This document shows positions 31,969 through 42,102 of a stretch of 64,000 nucleotides of DNA, in pieces. Position numbers and translations under genes: made by a program. Position 1 is the first letter of the stretch. Every line of letters begins with the position of its first letter. The DNA lies in the NCBI GenBank assembly GCA_963793865.1, contig CAWCBP010000001.1, positions 768,001 to 832,000 on the forward strand, in the 5' to 3' direction. The notes beneath the pieces are model-generated. The model was not told the DNA's origin and searched no databases. It saw nothing but the letters and a program-made list of their open reading frames with translations. The DNA is from an uncultured delta proteobacterium (GTDB lineage Bacteria; Desulfobacterota; WTBG01).

Positions 31969-32093
31969 CAGCCTAAATCTATTTTCGTATGACAAGAGTT
32001 AAAGGAGGTGAGGCAGGTTGCGCTGAAAGCAAGATTAAAAAGAGGCATTTTCAGTACGCGCTAATTATCCAAAAGCCATGAGGAGGATGTTGT

Positions 32094-33200
32094 ATGAGAC
32101 GTTACGCTTTGTGTACCGGAATAATGATGCTGTTTTTCATCAGCGTTCCCGCATTGGCCGCCCCTCCATTGGGACTTCCTGAAGTTCCCATACCGGCCGA
32201 CAATCCCCAGACACCGGAAAAGATCGCATTAGGCGATAAACTTTTCAACGACAAGCGGTTCAGTTCAACCGGCGAGGTGAACTGCGCCACCTGCCATAAA
32301 AAGGAGATGGCTTTTACCGACCAATTGCCGGTTTCAGAGGGGATTAATAAACTCAAAGGAACAAGAAATGCCCCGACCGTTATCAATGCTGCTTATATGC
32401 AAACACAGTTCTGGGATGGGCGTGAGCCTTCACTCGAGGAACAGTCCGGACAGCCCCCAATTAACCCGGTGGAAATGGGATTAGCTGATTATGACCCTAT
32501 CCTGCGAATTGTCCGGACCGATCCTGAATACGCCGGCATGTTCAAGAAGGTATTTAAAAAGTCCGGGGATCAGATTACCATGAAGGAAGTGAAGCAGGCG
32601 ATAGCCGCATTTGAGAGAACCATCATTGCCGGGGATTCGCCTTTTGACCGCTACCAATACGGTGGCGACAAAACCGCCATGAGCGAGGCGGCCATACGCG
32701 GGCTTGAGATTTTCCGGGGTCAGGGACGCTGCGTGTCCTGCCACGTCATTGAACAGACGCAGGCGCTGTTTACCGACAACCGCTTTCATAATATCGGGGT
32801 GGGGTTCCTTAAGCTTGCTGATAAGGAAGATGAGGTGGCAAAGGAGTTGCTGGAATCGAAGCGCAAGGGAGCTTCCGTTGATATTGAAGTGCTGACCAAG
32901 GAGAACACCTCTGAGCTGGGACGTTTTGCCATTTCTGAAGTCATTCAGGACATGAGCGCCTTCAAGACATCGACACTTCGCAACATCGACAAAACGGCCC
33001 CCTACATGCACGACGGCAGCCAGAAGACGCTTGAGGACGTGGTGAAATTTTACAACAACGGAGGCAGGCTGGAAAAGACGGAGCCGCTTTCTCCTTTTCT
33101 TGACGGAGGCATACGGCCGTTGAACCTGAGCAAGGAGCAGGAAGATGATCTGATTCAATTTTTAAAAGCGCTCACCAGCCCTCAGTTTGCCAAACAGTGA
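32094..33200 (+). CDS. di-haem cytochrome c peroxidase / MauG family protein
   Basis: Signal peptide; CATCH, CVSCH, RNAPT, QFWDGR and TAPYMHDGS. Confidence 0.92.
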   Translation: MRRYALCTGIMMLFFISVPALAAPPLGLPEVPIPADNPQTPEKIALGDKLFNDKRFSSTGEVNCATCHKKEMAFTDQLPVSEGINKLKGTRNAPTVINAAYMQTQFWDGREPSLEEQSGQPPINPVEMGLADYDPILRIVRTDPEYAGMFKKVFKKSGDQITMKEVKQAIAAFERTIIAGDSPFDRYQYGGDKTAMSEAAIRGLEIFRGQGRCVSCHVIEQTQALFTDNRFHNIGVGFLKLADKEDEVAKELLESKRKGASVDIEVLTKENTSELGRFAISEVIQDMSAFKTSTLRNIDKTAPYMHDGSQKTLEDVVKFYNNGGRLEKTEPLSPFLDGGIRPLNLSKEQEDDLIQFLKALTSPQFAKQ

Positions 33201-33237
33201 TCGTCACATAGCCCACGAACTTTCCAAGGAGGATGCC

Positions 33238-34314
33238 ATGCAATACCTCAATCGTCGTCAGTTTTTAAAGGGAGCCGGCTCGCTCATCGCAGCGGGCGCC
33301 CTGCCCGTGAGCCTGGTAAAAGTGGCCCTTGGCGCAGGCAGCGGCATAGAGGACTTTACCTTTGCCCATATCTCGGATTCGCATATCACCGTTCCCACCA
33401 AAGGGACATCAGTTCGCAACTGGGATAGAGGACTTATCCGGGCCATCGCCGAGGCCAACCTCTTAACGCCAAAACCTGATTTTATCATTTACGGCGGTGA
33501 CCTGGCGCAGCTGGGCAAGAAGGAAGAGATTGATCTCGCCCTGGAGCTGATGTCCAAGGCTGAGAGCAAGGTATATTACGTGATGGGCGAGCACGATTAT
33601 TATCTCGACCTCGGGGCATACTGGGAGTCAAAACTGGGTCCCCAGTGGTACAGCTTTGATCATAAGGGAGTCCACTTCGTGGTATTGAACAGCATTCTCA
33701 CCTACGATTCCTGGACGAACAAGAAGTGGCCGTCTCCCATGGACCGCATGCTGGCAATGGCTCGACTTGATAATCCCGGCGGTTCACCATTCATGGTGGG
33801 CGAAAAACAGCTGGCCTGGCTGAAAAAGGATCTCCAAAAAGTGAGCAAGGACACCCCGCTTATCGTCTGCTCCCATTCGCCGATCCAGAAGATCTTTAAG
33901 GGCTGGAATTTCTGGACCGAGGACGCAGAACAGGTGCAGAACCTTCTCAAGCCGTTTAACAAGGTGACGGTTATTTATGGTCACGTTCATCAGATCCAGT
34001 ACAACCAGATCGGCAACATCAGCTTCCACGCGGTAATGGCCACAGCCTGGCCCTGGCCCTACCCGCAAAGCTACACTCAACAGCCAAGCTATCTGCCGGA
34101 ACTGACGGTGCAGATGAACCGTGCCGACCCCTTCTTTGAACGGGATGCCACCGGCTGGCAATTCATCAATCTGCGCACCGGCAATGTGGACATGCACTAC
34201 CAGTTGCCCAACAACCGGAACAGAAGCGTGGTGTTCAGCGCTGAGGCGGGCAAGCCGGTGGATACGGTGTACCAGCCCGCAGAAAAACGCATTCCACCCC
34301 AGATTCACTTTTAA
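33238..34314 (+). CDS. Tat-exported metallophosphoesterase
   Basis: NRRQFLK twin-arginine signal; SDSH, GGDL, GEHD, SHSP and GHVH. Confidence 0.9.
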   Translation: MQYLNRRQFLKGAGSLIAAGALPVSLVKVALGAGSGIEDFTFAHISDSHITVPTKGTSVRNWDRGLIRAIAEANLLTPKPDFIIYGGDLAQLGKKEEIDLALELMSKAESKVYYVMGEHDYYLDLGAYWESKLGPQWYSFDHKGVHFVVLNSILTYDSWTNKKWPSPMDRMLAMARLDNPGGSPFMVGEKQLAWLKKDLQKVSKDTPLIVCSHSPIQKIFKGWNFWTEDAEQVQNLLKPFNKVTVIYGHVHQIQYNQIGNISFHAVMATAWPWPYPQSYTQQPSYLPELTVQMNRADPFFERDATGWQFINLRTGNVDMHYQLPNNRNRSVVFSAEAGKPVDTVYQPAEKRIPPQIHF

Positions 34315-34337
34315 TGAAACAATGAAGGGAGGCAGTC

Positions 34338-34751
34338 ATGAAAAAAACAGGATACATGTTTTTGATTGCGGCGATTGCCGTCGGGACGTTGTCCTGGCTG
34401 ACGACGGCCGGCTCTGATGAGTTTACCCAGGAGGATCTGAAGAGATGGGAGCAGGAATTCCTGAGTGTGGTTAATGAGGGCGACAAGCTATTTCACAGCG
34501 GGACGCTCGGCGGCAACTCGGTATCATGCGACCAGTGTCATCCCAACGCCAGCAACACCCATCCGGAAACCTACCCCAAATTCCAGAAGCAGATTGGAAA
34601 AGTGGTGACACTGTTCGAAATGCTCAACTGGTGCATCCAGAATCCCCTGGAAGGGAAGACGCTGGCCGCTGACGATCCAAAAATGGTCGCCCTGCAGGCA
34701 TATATTACCCATGAGCGGCGCGGCGTTAAGCTTGATCCGGGCAAGCACTGA
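34338..34751 (+). CDS. monohaem cytochrome c (TsdA/SoxA-like domain)
   Basis: Signal peptide; CDQCH followed by YPKF..TL..MLNWCI..G..D..MVALQAY. Confidence 0.85.
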   Translation: MKKTGYMFLIAAIAVGTLSWLTTAGSDEFTQEDLKRWEQEFLSVVNEGDKLFHSGTLGGNSVSCDQCHPNASNTHPETYPKFQKQIGKVVTLFEMLNWCIQNPLEGKTLAADDPKMVALQAYITHERRGVKLDPGKH

Positions 34752-34781
34752 TCAAATTGAATGACTGCAGCGAACGAAAGA

Positions 34782-34810
34782 GGAGCCCTCATTGATGAAA
34801 TGAGGGCTCC
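34782..34810. terminator. hairpin terminator between convergent genes
   Basis: GGAGCCCTCATT...AATGAGGGCTCC. Confidence 0.7.
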
Positions 34811-34830
34811 ATGCTTTCGGCAAGAATGCT

Positions 34831-37062
34831 TTAGCGATAGGGTTTCAATAATTCTATAAACTCCGAAGGTATGGGATAGCCGAGTTCCAGGGACTTGTCA
34901 CAGTAGAATACGGCCAGCTTGTATTCCTTATTCAGATAGTGGGCAAGCGCGAGGTTCTTATTGGTCGTCGGATCGTGAGGCGCTCTGGCCAGAGCCTTCT
35001 GAAACGTTTCAATTGCCCGGTCATAGACAGCGGTTTCAAGATATGTGGTGCCGAGATTGTTATATGCAGTAATATAGTCAGGATTGACGGCGAGGGCTTT
35101 TCTGTAAGCTGAGATTGCCTCATCAGACAATTTTTTGTTGGCATAGGCATTGCCGAGATTGTTATAGGCCATGGCGTGGGTGGGGTTAACCTCGAGAGCT
35201 TTTTTATAAGCGGCAACGGACTGATCGTAGAGATGTTTATCGAAATAGGCGTTGCCGAGATTATAATGAGCCTCGACGTAGTAAGGGTCAATAGCCACGG
35301 CCTGCCTGTAGCTGGCAATGGCTTCATCCAGCATGCCTTGTGCGGAATATGAATGACCAAGATTATAATATGCCTCGGCAAAGTCAGGGTTAATTGCAAG
35401 TGCCTTCTTAAATGAGGCAAGGGATTGATCAGGCTTGCCCATCGCATAATAAGTCAGCCCCCGGTTGTTTTCAGCCTCCACATAACCGGGATTGATGCTC
35501 AGTGCCCGCTGGTAGCAGGAGAGGGCCTCATTGAATTTGCCCTGGCTGTGATAAAGAATGCCAAGGTTGTTGTGTGCCTCAACATAACCGGGATCAATCA
35601 GTATGGCCTGCTCGTAGTGCAGCTTGGCGGCATCAAGCCTGCCCTGCGTGTTGTATTGCAGGCCAAGGTTGTTGTGCGCGATGGGAACCGTATGCGGGAA
35701 AACGCTGATCACATGCTTCCACAGGGTCTCGGAGCTTTGCCAGACTTGTATCTGTTGTATGGTTTTCTGTCCCAGACCAGCAATGCCGACGGCGATACCG
35801 AACATGAACAGTACTGCCCATGCCATGCCGTTCTTCTCTGAAGAGATCTTTCCATACACCCATGCCACGCCAAGGCCGGCAAGGAGAAAGATGCTGATGC
35901 TCGGGAGGTAGGTGTATCGGTCTGCCGCAGCCTGTTTACCAACCTGAATAATTCCGATGACGGGGAGAAGGGTGATGACATAGTATGCCCAGACAGTTCC
36001 TAATAGATGCCGGCCCCGTTTTACCATCAAAAAACAGATGCAGGAAATGGCCGCTACTGCTACTGCCGACAAGACGTGTTCAGTTGAAAACCAGCGAAGG
36101 CCTGACGGAAAAGGATAAAAAGGGACCAGCGTCTCCGGCCAGAGCATCTGTTTCAGATAGAAGATGAGTGATCTGAATGCGTTCATCACCCGTACCTGCA
36201 TGGGGAACTGATCCAGGCCGCGCACTACCCCTTCTGACGGCGCTATAATGGCGATCACAGCGGAACCCAGGCTCATGACAATAAAAGGAACTTTTTCCTG
36301 CAGGATGCGAAAGAGCCTGCCTGAAAACCGCGTTAATCTGCCCAGGGGGTATATATCCAGCAAGAATAGTATAGCGGGAATGGTTACAGCCATGGGCTTG
36401 GACATCAGGGCGAAGAGAAAGAGCAGGATGCTGGTGATGAACCAGCTTGCTTTTTGCCTTCCCGTATCAGAAGCAACATATGAAAGATAGGAGGATAGGC
36501 ACAAGAGGCTGAAAAAAGCGCACAGGAGGTCTTTGCGCTCGGATATCCATGCCACTGACTCCACGTGGACAGGATGCAGGCCGAAGAGCAGGGATGTGAC
36601 TAATGCTGTAATGAAAATATTGATCTGCTGCGCACCCTTTGCAGGACCCTGATTGCTCCTGGACGCATTGTGCAGGAGCAACTGAATGATGAGCAGGTAC
36701 ACCAGGAGGGTGTTTAATCCATGCAGTACTACACTAGTAAAATGATGACCCAGTGGATTTTGCCCCCAAAGGGAGTAGTCTATTGCATGACTGAGCCAGG
36801 TAACGGGATGCCAGTTATGGACGTCAAGCGAGGTGAGCATCCAGTGAATGGATTGAACATTCAGAGCAAATATTCTGGTATTTTCATAGACGTATTCATT
36901 ATCATCCCAGTTAACGAATCCGTTCTGTATGGAGGGCAGATACGCCAGCAGGGCAAGAAAGAATACCGCCAGGGCCCCTGCGTACACATAGGGCTTGATT
37001 CGCTTCCCGGTAATCCTGTCCGAAACCCTGACCATCGTCTTGTCTGAAAGGCTGAACATCAA
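34831..37062 (-). CDS. TMTC-like GT-C membrane protein with C-terminal TPR array
   Basis: FVNWDD, HPVHVESVAWISERKD, AADRYTY; about 8-9 TPRs (AHNNLG...). Confidence 0.88.
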   Translation of the reverse strand: MMFSLSDKTMVRVSDRITGKRIKPYVYAGALAVFFLALLAYLPSIQNGFVNWDDNEYVYENTRIFALNVQSIHWMLTSLDVHNWHPVTWLSHAIDYSLWGQNPLGHHFTSVVLHGLNTLLVYLLIIQLLLHNASRSNQGPAKGAQQINIFITALVTSLLFGLHPVHVESVAWISERKDLLCAFFSLLCLSSYLSYVASDTGRQKASWFITSILLFLFALMSKPMAVTIPAILFLLDIYPLGRLTRFSGRLFRILQEKVPFIVMSLGSAVIAIIAPSEGVVRGLDQFPMQVRVMNAFRSLIFYLKQMLWPETLVPFYPFPSGLRWFSTEHVLSAVAVAAISCICFLMVKRGRHLLGTVWAYYVITLLPVIGIIQVGKQAAADRYTYLPSISIFLLAGLGVAWVYGKISSEKNGMAWAVLFMFGIAVGIAGLGQKTIQQIQVWQSSETLWKHVISVFPHTVPIAHNNLGLQYNTQGRLDAAKLHYEQAILIDPGYVEAHNNLGILYHSQGKFNEALSCYQRALSINPGYVEAENNRGLTYYAMGKPDQSLASFKKALAINPDFAEAYYNLGHSYSAQGMLDEAIASYRQAVAIDPYYVEAHYNLGNAYFDKHLYDQSVAAYKKALEVNPTHAMAYNNLGNAYANKKLSDEAISAYRKALAVNPDYITAYNNLGTTYLETAVYDRAIETFQKALARAPHDPTTNKNLALAHYLNKEYKLAVFYCDKSLELGYPIPSEFIELLKPYR

Positions 37063-38681
37063 TTATATTTATATATGGAATTCGCAAGGGCTTTTATGCG
37101 CGCCATAACCTTGGGCACAAGATAATCAACTTCCTTAATTTTTATGATATAAATATTCGCAAAATAAAAGATAATAGACGCAAGAATGGTGAAAAGAAGC
37201 GCGCATAATTCTCCCAGGATATTCATAGGCAGGCATAATGCTATTATTTTATTGAGCCATTGCGCTCCAACCCCCATGATTGCGGATATGAGAACAATTT
37301 TAAAAAAACATTGCAGCAGGTAAAAGACTCGATACCCGTTTACTTCCCGGTAGAGGGCAACACTTAAAAATAAAAAATTAATCAACACACACAGGGAAGT
37401 TGAAAGGGCAATGGCGCAATGCTGCAACGGTTCAAGCAGCATGAGCACAAATATGATATTGAGCAGGACAGTAAGAAATGATCCTAAGACCGGATAGCGT
37501 GTCCGGTTAAGCGCGTAAAAGACCGGCACGATAATTTTAAGTGATGCATAGGCGAAGAGTCCCACAGAATAGAGTGAAAGAGCCTGTGCTGTCATCAGCG
37601 TGTCATGAGCGCTAAAGCGGCCGTGCTCAAAGATAATGCTCACAATCGGCTGTGCGAGGAAGATCAGACCAGCGGAGGCGGGAATCGTCAGCAGCATGGA
37701 AAGTACCGAGGAAGAAACAAACGCACCCTTGAGCTCTTCCATATTGCCATTCGATGCCTGGGTTGAAACAACCGGCAGGGTTGCCATGGAGAGCGATACG
37801 CCGACCATGCCGATGGGGAAAAAAATGAGGCGGAAGGCGTAATTAAGCCAGGAAACGCTTCCTTCAACGCAGCTTGAGGCGAAGAAGGTGTTCACAAAGA
37901 GATTAATCTGGGTGGCGGAAAGTCCGATGATCGCGGGCAGCATCAGCTTCATGATTCTGCGCAAGCCCTCGTCGCGCAGGTCGAGATGCCAGGAAAATGC
38001 GAACCCCTGATGCCGCAGCTCCGGCAGCTGAATGGCAATCTGGAGCAGCCCGCCGACCAGGGTGCCGATGGCCATGCCGACGATGGGCTCCCGGTTTAAC
38101 AGTGAAAAGCAGTATGAGAAGAGAAGGCCGGAGAGGATGGATCCGAGGTTAAAAAAGCTTGAGGCCATGGAGGGAATGAAAAATTTATTCAGGCTGTTGA
38201 GCATCCCCATGGCAATGGCGGAAAGGGACACCAGGAGCAGAAAGGGAAACATGATGGAGGTCATCAGGGCGGTGAGCTCGTGCTTGCCCGGGACAAGGGA
38301 AAAGTCGGGCGACATCAGGGAAACGATCTCTTTTGAAAACAGCATCCCGAGGACGGTTATTCCCCCCACCAGGACCAGGAGGGTGGCAATAACGTTGTTG
38401 GCGAGCTTCCAGGTGGGTGCGCTTCCCTGCTTATTGCGGTAATCGGTAAAGACGGTTATGAAAGCGGCGCTCAGCGCGCCCTCCGCAAACAGGTCCCGCA
38501 GCAGGTTGGGAATTCTGAAGGCCACAACAAAGGCGTCGTAGGCGTAACCCGCTCCGAAAAACCCGGCAAACACCTGTTCGCGCACAAGACCGAGCAGCCG
38601 GCTTATGAGCACGGCGAAACTGATGGTCCCGGCTGAGCGGGCGATGGATGACGTGTATGACGACTCAGAATGTCCGGTCAT
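37059..38681 (-). CDS. murJ: lipid II flippase MurJ
   Basis: SRLLGLVRE, AFRIPNLLRDLFAEGALSAAF. Confidence 0.96.
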   Translation of the reverse strand: MTGHSESSYTSSIARSAGTISFAVLISRLLGLVREQVFAGFFGAGYAYDAFVVAFRIPNLLRDLFAEGALSAAFITVFTDYRNKQGSAPTWKLANNVIATLLVLVGGITVLGMLFSKEIVSLMSPDFSLVPGKHELTALMTSIMFPFLLLVSLSAIAMGMLNSLNKFFIPSMASSFFNLGSILSGLLFSYCFSLLNREPIVGMAIGTLVGGLLQIAIQLPELRHQGFAFSWHLDLRDEGLRRIMKLMLPAIIGLSATQINLFVNTFFASSCVEGSVSWLNYAFRLIFFPIGMVGVSLSMATLPVVSTQASNGNMEELKGAFVSSSVLSMLLTIPASAGLIFLAQPIVSIIFEHGRFSAHDTLMTAQALSLYSVGLFAYASLKIIVPVFYALNRTRYPVLGSFLTVLLNIIFVLMLLEPLQHCAIALSTSLCVLINFLFLSVALYREVNGYRVFYLLQCFFKIVLISAIMGVGAQWLNKIIALCLPMNILGELCALLFTILASIIFYFANIYIIKIKEVDYLVPKVMARIKALANSIYKYN

Positions 38682-38801
38682 GGAGGGATGAAGTATGCAT
38701 GCTCAAGATGGCTGTTTGCTCAAATGTTTTACAAGAGCGCGGCGGATGTGGCGGTATAGGCGCGGCGCCATCATTGCTGTCGCCACGCCCTTCAACTTCA
38801 T

Positions 38802-39494
38802 TCATGATTGACGGGGCGGTTCGCTGATTTCAGCCGCGACATCAATGCGTGACCTTCTTGAAATCCTTTTCTGACGAGCAAACTCTATTAGAGTGGGCAG
38901 AAGAGATACCGCCAGGATTATTATTATAACCAGGGTAAAATTGTTCTTTACCAGGGGTATGGTGCCGAAGAAATAGCCGCCCAGGGTAAAGAGGAAAATC
39001 CATAGAACACATCCCACGATGTTATAGGTAAGAAAACGTCCATAGGACATTCTGCCCACACCGGCCAGGAAAGGTGCGAAGGTGCGTATGATGGGGAGAA
39101 ATCGTCCAATCACAATGGTCATGGGACCATACTTATCAAAAAATGCATGGGTGCGGGAAAGATACTCCTTTTTAAAAAACCGGCTGTCTTCCATGTAAAA
39201 AACCCGGGGCCCGATGTAGCTGCCGATGGCGTAGTTAACCGTATTGCCCAGAATGGCCGCGGCAGATAAAACGGCAAGCAGCCAGCCCAGATGTAAAGAG
39301 CCAAGCGCGCAAAAGGTGCCCGCAATGAAAAGCAGTGAATCTCCGGGCAGAAAGGGAGTCACCACCAGTCCTGTTTCACAGAAGATAATGATAAAAAAAA
39401 TCAGGTATGTCCAGTTGCCATACTGCAGAATCACTGCATGCAGGTATTTATCGAGATGCAACAGTATGTCAAAAAAATTAAGTACCAGTTCCAT
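38802..39494 (-). CDS. dedA: DedA family protein
   Basis: FCETGLVVTPFLPGDSLLF, RFLPIIRTFAPF. Confidence 0.93.
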   Translation of the reverse strand: MELVLNFFDILLHLDKYLHAVILQYGNWTYLIFFIIIFCETGLVVTPFLPGDSLLFIAGTFCALGSLHLGWLLAVLSAAAILGNTVNYAIGSYIGPRVFYMEDSRFFKKEYLSRTHAFFDKYGPMTIVIGRFLPIIRTFAPFLAGVGRMSYGRFLTYNIVGCVLWIFLFTLGGYFFGTIPLVKNNFTLVIIIILAVSLLPTLIEFARQKRISRRSRIDVAAEISEPPRQS

Positions 39495-39810
39495 GCGCTT
39501 ACCCTGATCGCCTTGCGGCTGAAATTGCTGAAGTTGAACACGTTTGGCCATTGTAATGGGGAACAGCGGAGTATGCAAGATATATTTCTGTGCCGGGACA
39601 TGGGGCATTATGAAGCGGGCGCTCTGCCGTCACCTGTCTGCAGAATGGTTGCGCGGGATAATTGCCTGCTCCGCACCGGATGACGATTCTTCGCTTCGTG
39701 GGTTTCGCAGAGAATTCATTTCTTGCCCTGGAGGCCAAAATAGTATAAGATAATAAGAAGTAATAACAAAGTGAGGTCAAAAATCGGCAATCACCTTCAG
39801 GGAGGCTGAA

Positions 39811-40020
39811 ATGTTTGGTGGCGGAATCGGGATGTCGGAACTGCTGGTAGTATTGGTCATTGTCTTAATTATTTTCGGCGCCGGCAAGCTGCCGGAGATC
39901 GGCAAGGGGCTTGGGAAGGGAATCCGGAATTTCAGGCGTTCCTCCAGCGGACTTGATGACATTGAAGGGTCCATCAAGGAGAATGAAAAGGAATTGGATG
40001 ACAAAGCAAAGAAAACGTAA
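39811..40020 (+). CDS. tatA: twin-arginine translocase TatA/E
   Basis: [31 protein letters not shown]. Confidence 0.95.
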   Translation: MFGGGIGMSELLVVLVIVLIIFGAGKLPEIGKGLGKGIRNFRRSSSGLDDIEGSIKENEKELDDKAKKT

Positions 40021-40197
40021 TCATAAACCTGATTAATGCCATTTGTCCCGCCTTTGAGTGTACGGCACGTTAGCGGCAATCAAGTAGCTGCGGCGGCATG
40101 TTCCCTTACCCCTGCCACGCCGTTCGGTCACACGAAAGATAGTGCAGCAAAAAAAGCGAGGTTTAAAACCCGGAACTGCTTTGAGTGAGAGGGTGTC

Positions 40198-40704
40198 ATG
40201 ACAGACTATGATGACCGGGACGACAGGCCGTCCTGGAGCGACATTGACAAGCGACGGGACAGGAGCCGTCATGTCCGGGATGAGCAGCCCGAGTCACGGA
40301 AAACGCCCTCGGCCCACGACGAGTGGATTAAAAAGCAGTACCGTAAGGAAATTGAAAAGCTTTTCAAGGGCGCAAAGGAAGAAACGGAAGAGCAAAAGAA
40401 GTCCCGAATGGAAATAGACCGCTCCTATGGAACCGGCAGGTTCAACAGCGCGGTAAAACAATATGTTAAGCAGCACGGTCTGCCCGGCGACTGGGGTACC
40501 CTCATCCTGATGCTGGATCACAAGGATACTGCAATCGTTCTGCAAAGCCTGGAGGCACTCAGGAAGATGGTCGCCGAAAGCACGCCGGCGGAGCAGGAGG
40601 GTTTTAGAAGCAGGGTTAAAATCATTGCCATGACCGCTGAAGACGAATCAGTGCAGGAGTGTGCCGAGCAGATGCTTGAGGAATTAGGGCAGGAAGGCGG
40701 CTAG
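40198..40704 (+). CDS. hypothetical protein
   Basis: 168-aa ORF with RBS; charged N-terminus (SWSDIDKRRD) and helical C-terminus. Confidence 0.7.
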   Translation: MTDYDDRDDRPSWSDIDKRRDRSRHVRDEQPESRKTPSAHDEWIKKQYRKEIEKLFKGAKEETEEQKKSRMEIDRSYGTGRFNSAVKQYVKQHGLPGDWGTLILMLDHKDTAIVLQSLEALRKMVAESTPAEQEGFRSRVKIIAMTAEDESVQECAEQMLEELGQEGG

Positions 40705-42020
40705 TGGGACGCCGGCAGAGGCTGCAGTGCAAACAATTCAAGATAGGTCTTGAAATCATCAGCTGACAGCCGCGTGTTAAGATAAAAGTCATTTTCAATG
40801 CTTATGGCCGACTCATCACCGGCTCCCCATGCGTCCAACCTGCCGCGCAGTGCTTCGTGCTTATCAAACAATTGCCCCACCTGTAATCCCAGGGGACTTT
40901 GCACCACCACCACCGGGTCGATGCCGGATTCGACTTCCACAAGAAAGGGAAGGCGGTCCGTGCCGGCATGGGTGCTGCCCACCATAAGAAGCACCTGCTT
41001 GTTCTTACCCGCCAGAGCCGAAACAGTAGTTGCCACGGCGCTGTCCCAGCCAAAAAAATCGATGGAACCTCGCGCGTCGTCCTGCTTCTGCGTTGCGGAA
41101 GGTCCGTGGACGAACGTGGCAATGCCCTGTTCTTCAATGAAGGTGAGCAGCGGCAGATAGTTCAGTTTATCAGCCGCCGCTTGCCTGCCTGTAAGCCTGG
41201 AAAGCCCCTCCTCAAGACCGATGACCAGATCTTTGGCTGACAGGGCGGTAACAATTTCAAAAAAAACGCTGTGCTGTTTTGTATCAAAATAGGAGTCAGC
41301 CAGAATAATGACCGGCGCGGTTTTGAGGCGCGTGACCATGTCCGCTTTGGTCAGCGTGTTATTTCTCACGTAGGTTTCATCCAGGGAAACGGTATCAAGG
41401 ATGGTGTGGCTTTTCCCAACATAATGCAGATTGTACTGCCCGGGGTCAATTTCTTTCAGCCGCGCATTATTCAGGGGAAACAATTGCTTTTGCTCAATCC
41501 GGCGCGCCACCAGGTACGGCGCCCGAATGGGCCAGTCATGGTCGGTGAGATACTGGTGAAGATCGGCGGCATCAGCCGCATTGCCCCGGTCAAAAAGTAT
41601 GAGCGCGATTTCTTCCAGCCGGGCCAGGTTACGGGTGCGCTTGAAGGCATCGACGGCCTCGGGAAATCTCCCGGCCTGGACAGCGGCCATACCGCTTTTT
41701 TCAACCAGTTCGATGGTGACCGGATCCTTGATGACTGCAATCTGTTGAGGCTTGAGAAATACTTCCCCCAATCCCTTTCCCATGTCCTCCGCCAGGATTT
41801 CACCCTCCATTATTTTCGTTCCCATGCCTTCACCGATTCTGGTTGCAATCTGCTGTGCCTCGCTGCTTCCCATCAGCTCTCTGGGATTGTCCACGCCGAT
41901 GAGCTTGCTCAAATCGGTGGTCAGCTTCAGCGTGCACCCCGGGAGGATGGCTGCCAGAAGAAGAGGCAGGTAAAGAAGCATCCGGCCGAGCGGGCACATA
42001 GTGTTATTCCGGCTTTGCAT
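40701..42020 (-). CDS. lipoprotein with a degenerate ChaN/EreA-like C-terminal domain
   Basis: LPGC lipobox; VIILADSY..QH, VIGLE, WDSAVA and VGSTH echo ChaN motifs. Confidence 0.5.
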   Translation of the reverse strand: MQSRNNTMCPLGRMLLYLPLLLAAILPGCTLKLTTDLSKLIGVDNPRELMGSSEAQQIATRIGEGMGTKIMEGEILAEDMGKGLGEVFLKPQQIAVIKDPVTIELVEKSGMAAVQAGRFPEAVDAFKRTRNLARLEEIALILFDRGNAADAADLHQYLTDHDWPIRAPYLVARRIEQKQLFPLNNARLKEIDPGQYNLHYVGKSHTILDTVSLDETYVRNNTLTKADMVTRLKTAPVIILADSYFDTKQHSVFFEIVTALSAKDLVIGLEEGLSRLTGRQAAADKLNYLPLLTFIEEQGIATFVHGPSATQKQDDARGSIDFFGWDSAVATTVSALAGKNKQVLLMVGSTHAGTDRLPFLVEVESGIDPVVVVQSPLGLQVGQLFDKHEALRGRLDAWGAGDESAISIENDFYLNTRLSADDFKTYLELFALQPLPASH

Positions 42021-42102
42021 GGCTAGTGGTCTTCAGGTAATGGACGGGCATACACTATTTATTAGCACGAAAGCGTCCACCTGTAAATAGGGCTTAATGA
42101 CG

